Position numbers and translations under genes: made by a program. From Mobula hypostoma (Eukaryota), in contig NC_086108.1 in assembly GCF_963921235.1 (NCBI RefSeq), positions 930,001 through 994,000 of the forward strand: 64,000 nt of DNA. Reading direction: 5' to 3'. Of this stretch, positions 1-12,079 are shown one piece after another. The notes below the pieces were generated by a model. That model was not told the DNA's origin, searched no databases, and saw nothing but the letters and a program-made list of their open reading frames with translations. How positions within the stretch are numbered: position 1 is the first letter of the stretch; every line of letters starts with the position of its first letter.

Positions 1-32
1 AAGCCCTGGAGGAGGAGAAGGCGATGTACTCG
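1..32 (+). CDS. CLASRP: CLASRP coding exon (5' part outside window), ...(K)ALEEEKAMYS
   Basis: Translation from position 3 gives ALEEEKAMYS, matching vertebrate CLASRP as I recall it. Donor tcg|gtaggg at 33, phase 0. Confidence 0.93.
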
Positions 33-84
33 GTAGGGATATTCATTCATCAGTGGTTCATTTAATATCAAGGAATGTATACAA

Positions 85-720
85 AGTCAAAGTAAGTTTT
101 TTATAAATACATGTATGTCACCACATACAACCTTGAGATTCATTTTCCTGTGAGAATGCTCAGCAAATCTATAGAATAGTAACAACAACAGGGTCAATGA
201 AAGATCAGGTAGCACATAGAAGATAGCAGACTGTGAAAATGCAAATATAAATGAATAGCAATAAATAACGAGAGCATGAAATAACAAGATAAAGAGTTCT
301 TACAGTGAGATCATTGGTTGTGGGAACATCTCAATAGATGAGTGTAGTTTTCCCTTTTTGTTCAAGAACCTGATGGTCGAGGGGTAGTAACTGTTCTTGA
401 ACCTGGTGGTGTGAGTCCTGAGGCTCGTCTGCCTTCTGCCTCATGGCAGCAGTGAGAAAAGAGCATGGCCTGGGTGGTGAGAATTTTTGATGATGGCTGC
501 TGCTTTCCTAAGACAATGTTTCATGTAGATGTTCTCAGTGGTTGGGAGGGCTTTACTCGTGATGTACTGGGCTGAATCCATTACCTTTTGTAGGGTTTTC
601 CATTCAAAGGCATTGGTGTTCCCATACCAAGGTGTGATGTAGCCAGTCAATACACTCTCCACTACACATCTTAGAAGTTTGTCAAAGTTTTTGATGTCAT
701 GCCGAATCTCCCCTGCTGTT
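85..720 (-). mobile_element. Rex1/Babar-type LINE 3' fragment
   Basis: ORF 441..662 LPTTENIYMKHCLRKAAAIIKNSHHPGHALFSLLP is the Rex1-like ORF2 C-terminus. Sister fragments at about 1385-1935(-), 3100-3470(+), 8400-9475(+, split), 15575-16520(-), 23715-24215(-), 27150-28155(-), 56450-56790(-), 62825-63200(-), 63385-63910(+). Confidence 0.75.
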
Positions 721-1024
721 GTATACAGTATATAACTTGAAATTTGTACTCTTCACTGACAAAGGAACCCCACAGAATGAATGATCGAAACATCAAAGCC
801 CAGCAGCACCCTGCCCCCATTTCACGTAAGCAGCAGCAAGAGCATTGACCTCCCCCCATCTGTGCCAGCAGAAGCTCTGACCACACCCCCCCCACCATGC
901 AAGCAACAGCAGAAACACCCCAAAGAGACCTTGATCCAGACGCCTTCAAAACTACAGTCACAACCCAGCACTTCGGTATCCCACACAGGCTCTTTCTTCC
1001 AGCAACAACGAGGGGCTCCCAGTT

Positions 1025-1345
1025 TCATAGAGTCATAGAGGAGTATAGCTCAGAAACAGACTCTTCAGCCCAGATAGTCCATGCTGAAAACCATTTAAAC
1101 TGTCTACACCCATATGTCTCTGCACTGGGACCATGGCCCTCCATATCCCTAATATCCATGTACCTATCCAAGCTTCTCTTGGACGTCGAAATCGAACTTG
1201 CATGGACCACCTGTGCTGGCAGCTCATTCCACACTCTCACGACCCTCCGTGAAGAAGTTTCCCCTCATGTTCTCTTTAAACTTCTCACCTGTCACCCTTA
1301 AGCCATGACCTCTAGTTGTAGTCCCTCCCATCCTATATACCTGTT
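1025..1345 (-). mobile_element. CR1 LINE 3' fragment
   Basis: RVWNELPAQVV...KRSLDRYM CR1 ORF2 end plus 3' UTR and short-repeat tail. Similar fragments at about 2428-2990(-), 4935-5310(-), 11120-11945(+), 16727-17115(-), 17262-17530(+), 32390-32850(+), 33008-33430(-), 40965-41400(+), 42555-42900(-), 54880-55310(-), 61668-62200(-), 62330-62780(+), 63910-64000(+). Confidence 0.85.
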
Positions 1346-2022
1346 GTTATACATTCTGTTGTATCTAATGAGAAGGACTGTCCAAAGTGCAAAGTAAATT
1401 TATTATCAAAGTACATATATGTCACCATATGCGTGAGATTTATTTTCTTGTAGGTGTACTAGAACCATAAAAGAATCAATGAAAGGCTGTCCAACTTGGG
1501 CGTTCAACCAGAGTACAGAAGGCACCAAGCTGTGGAAATACAAAAAAAAGAAATAATAATAAATAAGCAAAAAATATTTTGAACATGAAATGAAGCGTCT
1601 TTGAAAGTGACTCCATTGGTTGTAGGAACATTTCAAATGAAGTTGAGTGAAGATATCCCCTTTGGCTCAAGAGCCTGATGGTTGAGGGGTAATAACTGTT
1701 CCTGAGCCTGGTGGTATGAGTCCTGAGGTTCCTGTACCTTTTTCCTGATGGCAACAGTGAAAAGAGACCACGTCCTGGGTGGTGAGGTTTCCCTGATGTT
1801 GGATGCTGCTTTCCTGCAACAGCGATTCACGTAGATGTACTCATGATGGGGCAGGCTTTACCCACGGTGGACTGGGCCGTATCCACAACTTTTTCTAGGA
1901 TCTTCCGTTCAAGGGCATTGGTATTTCTGTATCATGCCACGAGCATCCTCTATGTGCGTCTCCATGGCTGCCAGTATCAGATGCAGAACAGGTTTAATTA
2001 TTTTGGTGTGTGTTCTTTGCAG

Positions 2023-2096
2023 GGACGAAGGTCTCGTCGCCAGCGGAGAGAATTCAGAGAGAAGCGCTTGAAGGGGAGAAAAATCAGTCCACCCAG
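2023..2096 (+). CDS. CLASRP: CLASRP exon, GRRSRRQRREFREKRLKGRKISPP(S)
   Basis: Acceptor ttctttgcag|, donor ag|gtaccc; 74 nt, phase 0 to 2, in frame with both neighbours. Confidence 0.96.
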
Positions 2097-3590
2097 GTAC
2101 CCTGTGTTTAAACTCAGCTCTTTGCTATCTATGGTTTTAAAACACTTTCTTAATCTTGACCACTCTTTGTCAGGGTGACGCTGTACTGTTGATGTCAGAT
2201 TAAGGAAACTCCGTTAATTTCTACTGCACCTACTGTGAGGAGCTCTATGTCACAAATGCAATCAAGTGCTTCTATACTCCATGGAATATGGCAGCCCAAC
2301 TTGTGCATCTCAGTTTGCTGTAAGCAGCTGCCTGTGAATAGCCTGGTGGTCAGGGCTGATGCTGTGTTGGGACCTTTCACTTTCAGCTGAGAAGGGAGTT
2401 GTGGGCCTCAGTTTCACATCTCTGATCATAAAACCATAAGACATAGGAGCAGGATTAGGCTATACAGCCCACCAAGTCTGCTCCACCATTCATGGCTGAC
2501 TTACTTTCCCTCTCAACTCCATCCTCCTGCTTTCTTCCCGTAAGCTTTGACATTCGTACTGCTGAAGAACCTATCAACCTCTCCCTTATGTATACCCAAT
2601 GACTTGACTTCCACTTCCTTTTGTGGCAATGAATTCCGTGGATTTACCACCCTCTGAGTAAAGAAACTTCTCCTCATCCGTGTTCTAAAGGGACGTCCCT
2701 GTATTCTTAGCCTGTGTGCTCTGGTCCTAGATTCTCCCATTAGTTGAAAAATCCTCTTCATGTCCACTCTGTCAAATATTGAAAGGCCAAGATAGATTTA
2801 AATGAGATCACTTCTCATTCTAAGCTCTAGTGAGTACAGGCCTAGAGCCATCAAACACTCCTCATTCCTGGGATAATTCTCCTGAACCTCCTGAGCACCT
2901 CCCCAATGCCAGCACATCCTTTCTTAGATAAGAGGCCCAAAACTGTTCACAATACTCCAAATGTGGTCTGAACCCTCAGCATTACATCGTGCACACTAGC
3001 CTGTTCGAGTCTCTGATCTACATCTTGAACCCTAATTCTGCTCCTATCCCTTATGATCTTAAATCTCACCACTAGCTCTTCCCACCATTAAGTACATTTA
3101 CAAAGAGTGCTGCCACAAGAAAGCAGCAGCCACCATCAAGGTCTCCATCATCCAGGCCATGCTCTCTTTTCGCTACTACCATTGTGCAGGAGGTACAGGA
3201 GCCTCAGGTCCCACACCACCAGGTTCAGGAACAGTTATTACCCCTCAACCATCAGGCTCCTGAACCAGTGTGGATAACTTCACTCACCACAACAGTGAAT
3301 TGATTCCATAGCCTACAGACTGTCTCACTTTCAAGGACTCCACAACTCATGTTCTCATTATTACTTAGTTACTTTTTTATCTTTTGCACATTGGTTGTTA
3401 TTTGTGTTTTTCATAAATTCTATTGTATTTCTTTATTTTTCTGTAAATGCCTGTAAGAAAATGAATTTCAAAGTATTATCTAGTATAGTTTCAAACAACA
3501 GGAATTCTGCAGATGCTGGAAATTCAAGCAACACACATCAAAGTTGCTGGTGAACGCAGCAGGCCAGGCAGCATCTGTAGGAAGAGGTGC

Positions 3591-3626
3591 AGTCGACGTT
3601 TCAGGCCGAGACCCTTCGTCAGGACT
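3591..3626 (-). ncRNA. Minimal type I hammerhead ribozyme motif
   Basis: Reverse complement reads agtc-CTGACGA-agggtctcggcct-GAAAC-GTC-gact. Catalytic core intact, stem I agtc/gact, palindromic stem III ACGT. Confidence 0.7.
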
Positions 3627-4121
3627 AACTGAAGGAAGAGTGAGTAAGGGATTTGAAAGTTGGAGGGGGAGGGATGGAGCCAAGAGCTGGACAGGTGATT
3701 GGCAAAAGGGATACAAGAGGATCATGGGACAGGAGGTCCGGGAAGAAAGACGGGGGGGGGGGACCCAGAGGATGGGCAAGAGGTATATTCAGAGGGACAG
3801 AGGAAGAAAAAGGAGAGTGAGAGAAAGAATGTGTGCATAAAAATACCCCATCTGTTACTTATTTTTATGCACACATTCTTTCTTTCACTCTCCTTTTTCT
3901 CCCTCTGTCCCTCTGAATATACCTCTTGCCCATCCTCTGGGTCCCCCCCCCCCCCCGTCTTTCTTCCCGGACCTCCTGTCCCATGATCCTCTCGTATCCC
4001 CTTTTGCCTATCACCTGTCCAGCTCTTGGCTCCATCCCTCCCCCTCCTGTCTTCTCCTATCATTTTGGATCTCCCCCTCCCCCTCCAACTTTCAAATCCC
4101 TTACTCACTCTTCCTTCAGTT

Positions 4122-4157
4122 AGTCCTGACGAAGGGTCTCGGCCTGAAACGTCGACT
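4122..4157 (+). ncRNA. Minimal type I hammerhead ribozyme motif (sense to CLASRP pre-mRNA)
   Basis: agtc-CTGACGA-agggtctcggcct-GAAAC-GTC-gact; predicted cleavage after GTC at 4153. Confidence 0.72.
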
Positions 4158-4244
4158 GCACCTCTTCCTACAGATGCTGCCTGGTCTGCTGCGTTCACCA
4201 GCAACTTTGATGTGTGTTGCTTGATCTAGTATAGTTTGATTGTT

Positions 4245-4610
4245 ATATGTCGTGTCGTATGACGTGGCCAATCTTGGTCTTTCCATGACCATGTTTGGTC
4301 TTGGCAAATTTTTCTGCAGAAGTGGTTTGCCATTCCCTTCTTCTGGGCTGCGTCTTTACAAGACAGGTGACCCCAGGCGTTATCAATACTGTTCAGAGAT
4401 TGTCTGCCTGGCGTCAATGGTCACATAACCAGGAATTGTGATCTGCACCAGCTGCTCATACAACCATCCACCACCTGCTCCCATGGCTTTGCGTGACCCT
4501 GATCGGGGTGGGGGGGCTAAGCAGGTGCTACACCTTGCCCAAGGGTGACCTGCAGGATAGCGGAGGGAAGAAATGCCTTACACCACTTTTGGTAGAGATT
4601 ATCTGGTACA
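4245..4610 (-). mobile_element. Short RTE-related non-autonomous element
   Basis: Carries the gaag(g)gaatggcaaaccactt motif typical of RTE/BovB-related elements. Second copy on + at about 14720-15095 ends in (tga)n. Confidence 0.55.
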
Positions 4611-4750
4611 TAGTACAGTTTTGTTATTAAATTTATTTTTGAATTTGAACATTGGCAGGGTCTGACAGCTAAAGGGAGACTGGGGGGGTGGGTAGAGGTC
4701 ATCAATGTGTTTCAGAGTCAGTTTTTAATATGCTGTCTTTTCTGTTTCAG

Positions 4751-4792
4751 TTATGCTAGGAGAGACAGCCCAACTTATGACCCATATAAAAG
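4751..4792 (+). CDS. CLASRP: CLASRP exon, YARRDSPTYDPYK(R)
   Basis: Acceptor tctgtttcag|, donor ag|gtaatt; 42 nt, phase 2 to 2; conserved RRDSPTYDPY motif. Confidence 0.96.
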
Positions 4793-5899
4793 GTAATTAC
4801 ACTACACAGTTTGACATTGAAACTCTGTTCCATGTGGTGCTTCTCATTATAACAATTTAAAATGAATACTGCGCAGAAATGGGTTTTGGTGGCAAAAGGA
4901 GATTGAAAACGAAGAGTTGTTTGTGTCACATTTTAAGTCATAGAGCAAGGAACAGCCCATCCAGTCCCTGTGAAACTGTTATTCTGCCTAGTCCTGATCT
5001 GTGCCTGAACCATAGAGTTCCATGCTCTCCCCATCCATGTTCTTATCCAAACTTCGATCTTTAATATTGAAATCGAACCCACAAGCACTACTTTTGCTGG
5101 CAGCTTGTTCCACACTTGCGCCACTCTCTTGAGTGAAGAAGTCCCCCTCATGTTTCCCTTAAACATTTCACCTTTCACCCTTAACCCAAGACCTCTAGTT
5201 GTAGTCCTACCCAACCTCAGTGGAAAAAACCTGTTTGCAGTTACCCTATAATTTTGTATACCTCTAACAGCTCTCCTCTCAATCTTCTACGTCCCAAGAA
5301 ATGTCCCAAATATCTACAGTTCACTTTCTCTGTCTTTTGAAGGATTTAAGATTCAAGTCTGTTTATTATGTGTACACCGACATAGTTTGTGTTAACAACC
5401 AACACTGGGGGCAGCCTGCAAGTGTTGCCATGCATTCTGGTACCAACATAGCATTCCCACAGTGCTCGGCAGAAAACAACAAGCAACAAAACACGCCTCG
5501 TTCGTCCCTCTCACACAGGCACGTATGCAATTCTCCAACCCAAGAGAGCCTCCAGCCTCCAGGAAAGACCAGGGCTTATCTTTTACCTCTGTGCTGCTTT
5601 CCTGCAAGTTTCTTAAGGTTGTCATGCCCACAGGGAGGGGTTATGGGGATAAGCTTCCACAGCCTATTAAATGCTTTCAACGGTGTGCATCTCAGGTAGT
5701 TTTGACAACCAATTCCAGCTCCTGGCTTTCTTTTGTGGCTTAGCTACTGAGCCAGGTGGAACATTTCTGCTGACTGGAGAAGGGGCAAAGGTGGGTCGCT
5801 AGCACTTCAAAGCTATTCTGCCCGGACATATGGGGCTTGTCAGCTGTGGGTGGCTGCTCAACGAGGAGAAGGAAAACTCTGATCTCAAACTTCGACTGC

Positions 5900-8020
5900 A
5901 TTGCAGACTTCAGTAGTTGGGAAGATGTTGGAGTCCATTTTTAATTACGAGGTTTCAGGGCACTTGGAGGCACATGATAGAATAAGCCAAAGTCTGCATA
6001 GTTTCCTTAAGGGGAGATCTTTCCTGGCAAGTCTGTTGGAATTCTTTGAGGAAAGAATAGGCAGGAGAGTTGGTAGATGTTGTTAATTTAGATTTTCAGA
6101 AGGTCCTTGACAAGGTGCCACACACGAGAGCAACTTAAGAGTCCATGATATAACAGGAGAGATACTAGCATGGACAGAAGATTAGCCAAACGGCAGGAGG
6201 CAAAGAGTGGGAATAAAGGGGCCCTCTCCTGGCTGGCTGCCGGTGACCATTGTGGTCTGCTGGGGTGGGTGTTGGGATCGCTTCTTTTCACATATGTCAG
6301 TGATTTGGATGACAGAATTGATGGCCTTGTGGCCAAGTTTGCTGACAATACGAATGCAGCCCCCTGACCGGGTCCATAAGCAAATTTGGCTTGTTGGCTG
6401 GCTCTGCTAACAGCCACGTGACTCAATGGGAAAAAGGTTACCTTCTACAAACAATATATGTCTAGGGTCAGTATAATTTGGGGTTCAATCAAACAGGAAC
6501 GTTGTGATGAAGAAACCTCAATTGGAATGAATGCTGTGTAAATACTACCTGTGCACAATTATTGGTTGGCAAGAAATAACAGATTGTGCACCATACAAAA
6601 ATTTAAAGTAGATTTACTAATTTCAACTTTATTAAACAGCTATTAAGAGAAAGAAAAGAAAGAAAAAATAAATTAAAAAACCCTTTACAGTTAAACCAGT
6701 CTAAATGTGTACACAATATTGGAGCTTGTATCTTCCAAACCTGGGTGTTCAGGGTTGTATTTCATACTCATGGTGAGATACCCATGGTCTGCATGAAAAC
6801 ACATGCCATCTTTTCAGACTCCCCTCATAAGCATCTCGAGTAAGTGGGATCTCTCTCTCAAGAGTATTGTGTTCCTTCTTGGAGCCATTGATCTGCACAA
6901 AGCACTTCTTGCAACGGGCCTCTCCTTCCCACAGCATTCTGAGGCATCTTTCCTGCTGTCCTCTTCTGAGCTCCCGCCAAAAAGACCCCAAACCAGAGTA
7001 CTGTCCGTTACAAATCTCGCTCCACTCCGCCCCACTCTCTCTAGAACTTTCTCCTGATTCCACCATCCTGATTGGCTGACACAACATTCCTAAGTTAAAC
7101 AGCAGGGCTTTTTATTTTGGCCGAAACTAATTGCAGAAACTGCTCAAATGAAATACCTACGGCATAGAAATCTTAACCAGGCCATTACATGAAGAAGGGG
7201 GAAGGGGTAAGTACTATTGAGAATGGGCAAAGAAGTGGCAGATGAATATCGGTAGGGAAGTGTATGGTCATGCACTTCGGTAGAAGGAATAAAGGCACAG
7301 ACTCATTTCTACGTGAGGAGAAAGTTCAAAAATTAGCAGTGCAAAGGGACTTGAGAGTCCTTCTGCAGGAGTCCCTTAAAAATTAACTTGCAGGTTGAGT
7401 TGGTGATGAGGAAGGCAAATGCAATGTTAGCATTAATTTCAAGAGAACTAGGATATAAGAGCAAGGATGTGATATATTGTGAGCAGTTTTGGGTCCCTTG
7501 TCTAATAAGAGATATGTTGGCGTTGGAGAGGGTCCAGAGGAGGTTCTTGAGAATGATTCCAGCAATGAAAGTTAACATATGGGGAGCATTTGATGGCTCT
7601 AGTTCTGTACTTGCTGGAGTTTAGAAGAATGGGGGAGGATATTACTGAACCCTATGGAATATTGAAAGGCCTAAATAGAGTGGACGTGGAGAGGATGTTT
7701 CCTGTATTTAGTGAGTATAGGACCTGAGGGTAAAGCCTCTGAATAGAGGGATTTCCATTTAGAACAGAGGTGAGGAAGAATTTCTTTAGCCAATAGGTAG
7801 TGAATATATTAAATTCATTGTCATAGATGGCTGTGGAGGACAAGCCCTTGGGTATATTTAAAGTGGAGATTGGTAGTGTTTTGATTAGTCAGGGCATCAA
7901 AAGTTACGGGGAAAAGACAGAAGAGTGGGTTGAGAGGGGTAATAGATCAACTATGATGGAATGGCAGAGCAGACTTAATGGCCAGATGGCATAATTCTGC
8001 TCCAATGACTTAATGGTATA
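5900..8020 (+). mobile_element. Decayed CR1 ORF2/3' UTR interrupted by a solo LTR
   Basis: TSVVGKMLES...LLEFFEE and VAKFADNT (degenerate FADD) translations; CR1 sequence resumes after 7190. Confidence 0.8.
6355..7189. mobile_element. Solo LTR (TG...CA, about 835 bp)
   Basis: Non-CR1 block from tgcagcc to cattaca, flanked by cgaa (6351-6354) and tgaa (7190-7193), a 4-bp TSD with one CpG-type change. It splits a contiguous CR1 RT sequence. Confidence 0.6.
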
Positions 8021-8519
8021 TACACATTCATGGGAAAAATACCCGAGGAAAATTCTGGAGCTGTCATCCGTAAGGCAGTCCTACATTGAGATCAACGCTG
8101 ACTGGTAACTCCTGAAACGCTGCTGGTGCCAAACTGTATCGGGCTCTGCAGTTCCTTTAGATTCATTAGCTGCATGGAGAGGGGAGCTTACTACATAGGC
8201 AACAGCATGCTCTCCATATCGTACTGCCCTGGCTTGCGTATCAACTGGCGGTAACAACGTAAGCAGCTAGGACATAACAACCTGCCAAAGAAGGGCCTCA
8301 TCTGGCCTCAACATATTCCTACACTAATCCCACCTCATTTCATCCACTTTACTACAGTTAATGGAGCCGCCATCTTGCAGCTATAGTGACCTGAAATATC
8401 GCGTCAGCAGCTATATTTCATTAGGAGTTTGAGATTTGGTATGTCACCAAAGACACTCGCAAATTTCTACAGATGTGTGTATCATGGAGAGCGTTCTAAC
8501 AGGCTGCATCACCGTCATG

Positions 8520-8975
8520 GATAGCCTCCAAACTAATGGCATGAACATCGATTTCTTGAACTTTCAGTAATGCCCCGCCGCCTCCTTCACCAGTCCCCAT
8601 CCTCCTTTCCTTCTCTCACCTTATCTCCTTGCCTGCCCATCGCCTCCCTCTGGTGCTCTTCCCCCCTTTTCTTTCTTTCATGGCCTTCTATCCCCACCTA
8701 TCAGACTCCCCGTTTAAAGCTCTGTATCTCTTTCACCAATCAACTTCCCAGCTGCTTACTTCATCCCTGCACCTCCCGTTTTCACCTATCACCTTGAGTT
8801 CTCTCTTCCTTCCCCCACCTTTTCAATCTACTCCTTATCTTTTTTTTCTCCAGTCCTGCTGAAGGGTCTCGGCCCGAATCGTCGACTGTACTTTTTTCCA
8901 TAGATGCTGCCTGGCCTGCTGAGTTCCTCCAGCGCTTTGTGTGTGTTGCTCGGATTTCCAGCATCTGCAGATTTT
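8520..8975 (+). mobile_element. Penelope-like 3' fragment with degenerate hammerhead motif
   Basis: End of GIY-YIG coding (GMNIDF), pyrimidine-rich UTR, cagtcctgctgaagggtctcggcccgaatcgtcgactg at 8851-8888, then cagcatctgcaga tail. Inserted in a Rex1 fragment. Related pieces at about 9630-9890(-), 17150-17225(-), 23000-23345(-), 27925-28015(-), 31430-31530(+). Confidence 0.75.
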
Positions 8976-10314
8976 CTCTTTCTTTGCATCGCTGTCTGGT
9001 ATGGGGTGTGGGGGAAACAACTGCACAGGACTGAAATAAGCTGCAGAGAGGTATAAACTTGGTCAGTTCTGTTATGACAATAAAGTATAAAGTAAAGTAT
9101 AAGTATGAGCACTAGCCTCCGCAGAATCCAGGACACCTTCATGGAGTGATGTCTCAAAAACAAGCGGCATCCATCATTAAGGGCCCCCATCGCCCACGTT
9201 CTCATTGTTACCAACAGAGGGGAGGGACAGGAGCCTGAAGGCACACACTCAAACAATTCAGGAACAGCTTCTTCCCCTCTGCCATCCAATTTCTGACCGG
9301 ACAATGAATCCGTGAACACTACCTCACTAATTTGCTTTCGCTCTTTGTACTGCTTATTTAACATTTTTAATATATACTGTAATTTGCAGTTTTTATTATT
9401 ATGTATTGCATTGTACTGATACTACATAACAACAAATTTTACGACATATGCCGCTGATATTAAACCTGATACTGATTCTGAATCTGGTCCAATCCTGACT
9501 CGTGTGTGTGGAGTTTGTATGCTCTACCCATGATCCTGTGGCAGGTCCAGCTTCTCTCATGTCCCAAGTTGTCCCTCGTATGTAAATAATGGATAGAATC
9601 CAGGCAAAATTAAAGGGAAACATAAATAATGAGAGACTGCAGATGCTGGAAATCCAGAGCGATACACACAAACCGCTGATGGAACTCAGCAGGTCAGGCT
9701 CAGAATAAAGAGTCAACGTTTCGAACTGAGACTCATCCTCAGGACTGGAAAGGAAGGGGGAGTAGTTCAATCTGGCAGGATATATGTGACACACACAAAA
9801 TGGTAGAGGAACTCAACAGGTCAGGAAGCATCTATATAAATGAATAAACAGTCAACGTTTTGGGCTGAGTTCCTTAAAAGCAATGTTGGGGGAAATGAAA
9901 TGGGATTAGTGTGGATGGGTGCTTGATGGTCAGAATGGACCTGACGGGCCAAACTGCCTGTTTCCATATGGTATCACTTGACACCTCTCCTGTTTGATCA
10001 GGAATGCACTGTTCTGTGCTATAGTACAATTTCACAGTAACTGCACGCCTCTCGATATTACTCAGACTTCATGATGATGAACAGGTGACTTTTGATGTTC
10101 TAAATGACTCTTAATAGCAGCCTAAACCTTCCCTCTCAAATAGCCCTCCATTTTTCTATCATCCATGTGCCTAACTAATGTGTCTGCACTACAGGGGGTT
10201 TTATGCCATGAAGCCTTACCTTTGACTGAGGGGTCTGTGAACCTGCTCTTATGTATCCGGCAGTGCGTTCCATGCACCGACTGCTCTCTGTGTAAAAGAA
10301 AATATACCTCTCAC

Positions 10315-10529
10315 GTCAACACACACAAGATGCTGGAGGAACTCAGCAGGTCAGGCAGCATCTATGGAAATAAACAGGTAGTCAATTTCTCAGCCCTGAA
10401 GAGGGGTCTTGGCCAAAACATCGACTGCTTATTCACTTCCATAAATGCAGCCTGACCTGCTGAATTCCTCCAGAATATTGAATGTGTTGCTCTGGATTTC
10501 CAACAACTGCTGACTTCCTGGTGTTTACG
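10315..10529. mobile_element. Older Penelope pLTR hairpin insertion
   Basis: Inverted arms around a degenerate hammerhead; TSD atatacctctcac (10302-10314) / atttacctctcac (10530-10542). Confidence 0.7.
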
Positions 10530-10784
10530 ATTTACCTCTCACTACCCCCATACTTTCCTCCAGTCACCTTAACATAACGCCCTTTCATATTAGCCATTTC
10601 TGCCTTGGGGAAGAGTCTTTGGCTGTCCACTCGATTCTCCTGAGTGTTGAGGAATTGAGTTAACTCTTTGAATTAGATCAGTCTGCTATTAAACCTAATT
10701 TCCCAGTTGTGGATCTATCCACAGTGCTTGAGTGATCATAGTCCGATGTAACGAGTTGTCCTGTGGCGTTTGCTGATGTTCTAG

Positions 10785-11003
10785 GTCACAGTCTGAGTCC
10801 AGCTCAGGGACGAGGTCACGGTCGCGATCGAACTCGCCTACCCACGAGGAGAAGATCACCTACATCACAAGCTTTGGCGGCAGTGAGGACGAGGGCGGAT
10901 CGATGGCGCAGACTGGGGTGACCTCTGCCAAGGCCCCAATTGGCAGGCATCGGAACTCCAACACGCAGCAGGGCTCTGGCACAGGTCATGCCAGCTCCTC
11001 CCG
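10785..11003 (+). CDS. CLASRP: CLASRP exon, SQSESSSGTRSRSRSNSPTHEEKITYITSFGGSEDE...HASSS(R)
   Basis: Acceptor gttctag|; EEKITYITSFGGS motif. Phase-2 donor cg|gtcggt at 11004 is required for frame with the next exon. Confidence 0.92.
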
Positions 11004-12079
11004 GTCGGTAACTTTCAAAATCTTTCCTTTTCCATTCCCAAAGCCACTGATTTTGCTGCTAGAGGGAAAGGTCAGGACTTCTAAAGAATGAAGGTTTTGC
11101 AGCCAATCATCTCATAGCGTTCAGACAGATTGGGAGAATGGGCAAAGCAGTGGCAGTTGGAGTGCAGTGTGGTCATGCCCTTTGGTAGAGGGAATAAAAC
11201 TGTAGACTATTTTCTAAACAAGGAGCGAATTCAGAAATCGGAGGTGCAAAAGGACCTAAGAGCCCTAGTGCAGGATTCCCTAAAGGTCAACTTGCAGGTT
11301 GCGTCGGTGGTAAGGAAAGCAAATGCACTGTGGGCATTCATTTCAAGAGCACTAGAATATAAAAGCAAGGATTTGATGCTGAGGCTTTATAAGGCATTTG
11401 TAGATTGCTCTTGGAGTATTGTGAGCGGATTTAGGCCCCTTCATCTAAGAAAAGATGTGCTGGCGTTGGCAAAGGTCCAGAGGAGGCTCATGTAAATGAT
11501 CTCGGAAATGAAATGGTTAGCATTTGAATCTGGGCCTGTACTCATTGGAGTTTAGAAGAATGAGGGGAGATCTCATTGAAACCTACCGAACACTGAAAGG
11601 GGTAGATAGAGTGGATGTGGAGAGGATGTTTCCTATGGTGGGGGAGACTTGGACCAGCGGGTACAGTCTCAGAATACAAGGATGTCCCTTTTGAACAGAG
11701 ATGAAGAATTTTTGTTGCCAGAGGATGATGAATCTGTTGAATTTATTGCCACAGACAGCTGTGGAGGCAAAGTTATGGGGTATATTTGAAGTAGAGGTTG
11801 ATACATTCTTGATTAGTCAGGGTGTTAATGGTTTCAGGTAGAAGGAAGGAGAATGGGGTAGAGAGGGAAAATAAATCAGCCCTGATTGAATAGCAAAACA
11901 GATTCGATGAGCTGAATGTCCTAATTCTGCACCTGTGTTCTTTGATGTATAACCTTGCCCTGAGAAATGGCAGCCTCTTGAACGGTGCAGATTGTTTGCA
12001 TTAACGAGCCGAGAAGATTAGGGCAATTGATACCAAACATGGCTTTTTAAAGCATCATCATCATAGAGAGAAGGTCAAG

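Larger units (their letters stand above)
3492..4223. mobile_element. Penelope-like pseudo-LTR hairpin insertion (inverted arms) with 14-bp TSD
   Basis: Arms 3525-3845 and 3860-4223 are near-perfect reverse complements; the left arm lacks an internal segment. TSD atctagtatagttt at 3478-3491 and 4224-4237. Sequence is homologous to the 3' part of the GIY-YIG element at 19739-20655. Confidence 0.88.

Noticed and set aside
3480..4307. Mirror ORFs (MLVNAAGQAASVGRG...) on both strands
   Set aside because: Artefact of the inverted repeat in a non-coding pLTR; no recognisable domain.
8851..8888. Active sense-strand hammerhead
   Set aside because: Core is mutated (CTGCTGA, GAAT); copies at about 9711-9746, 10391, 31432 and 39235 are also degenerate.
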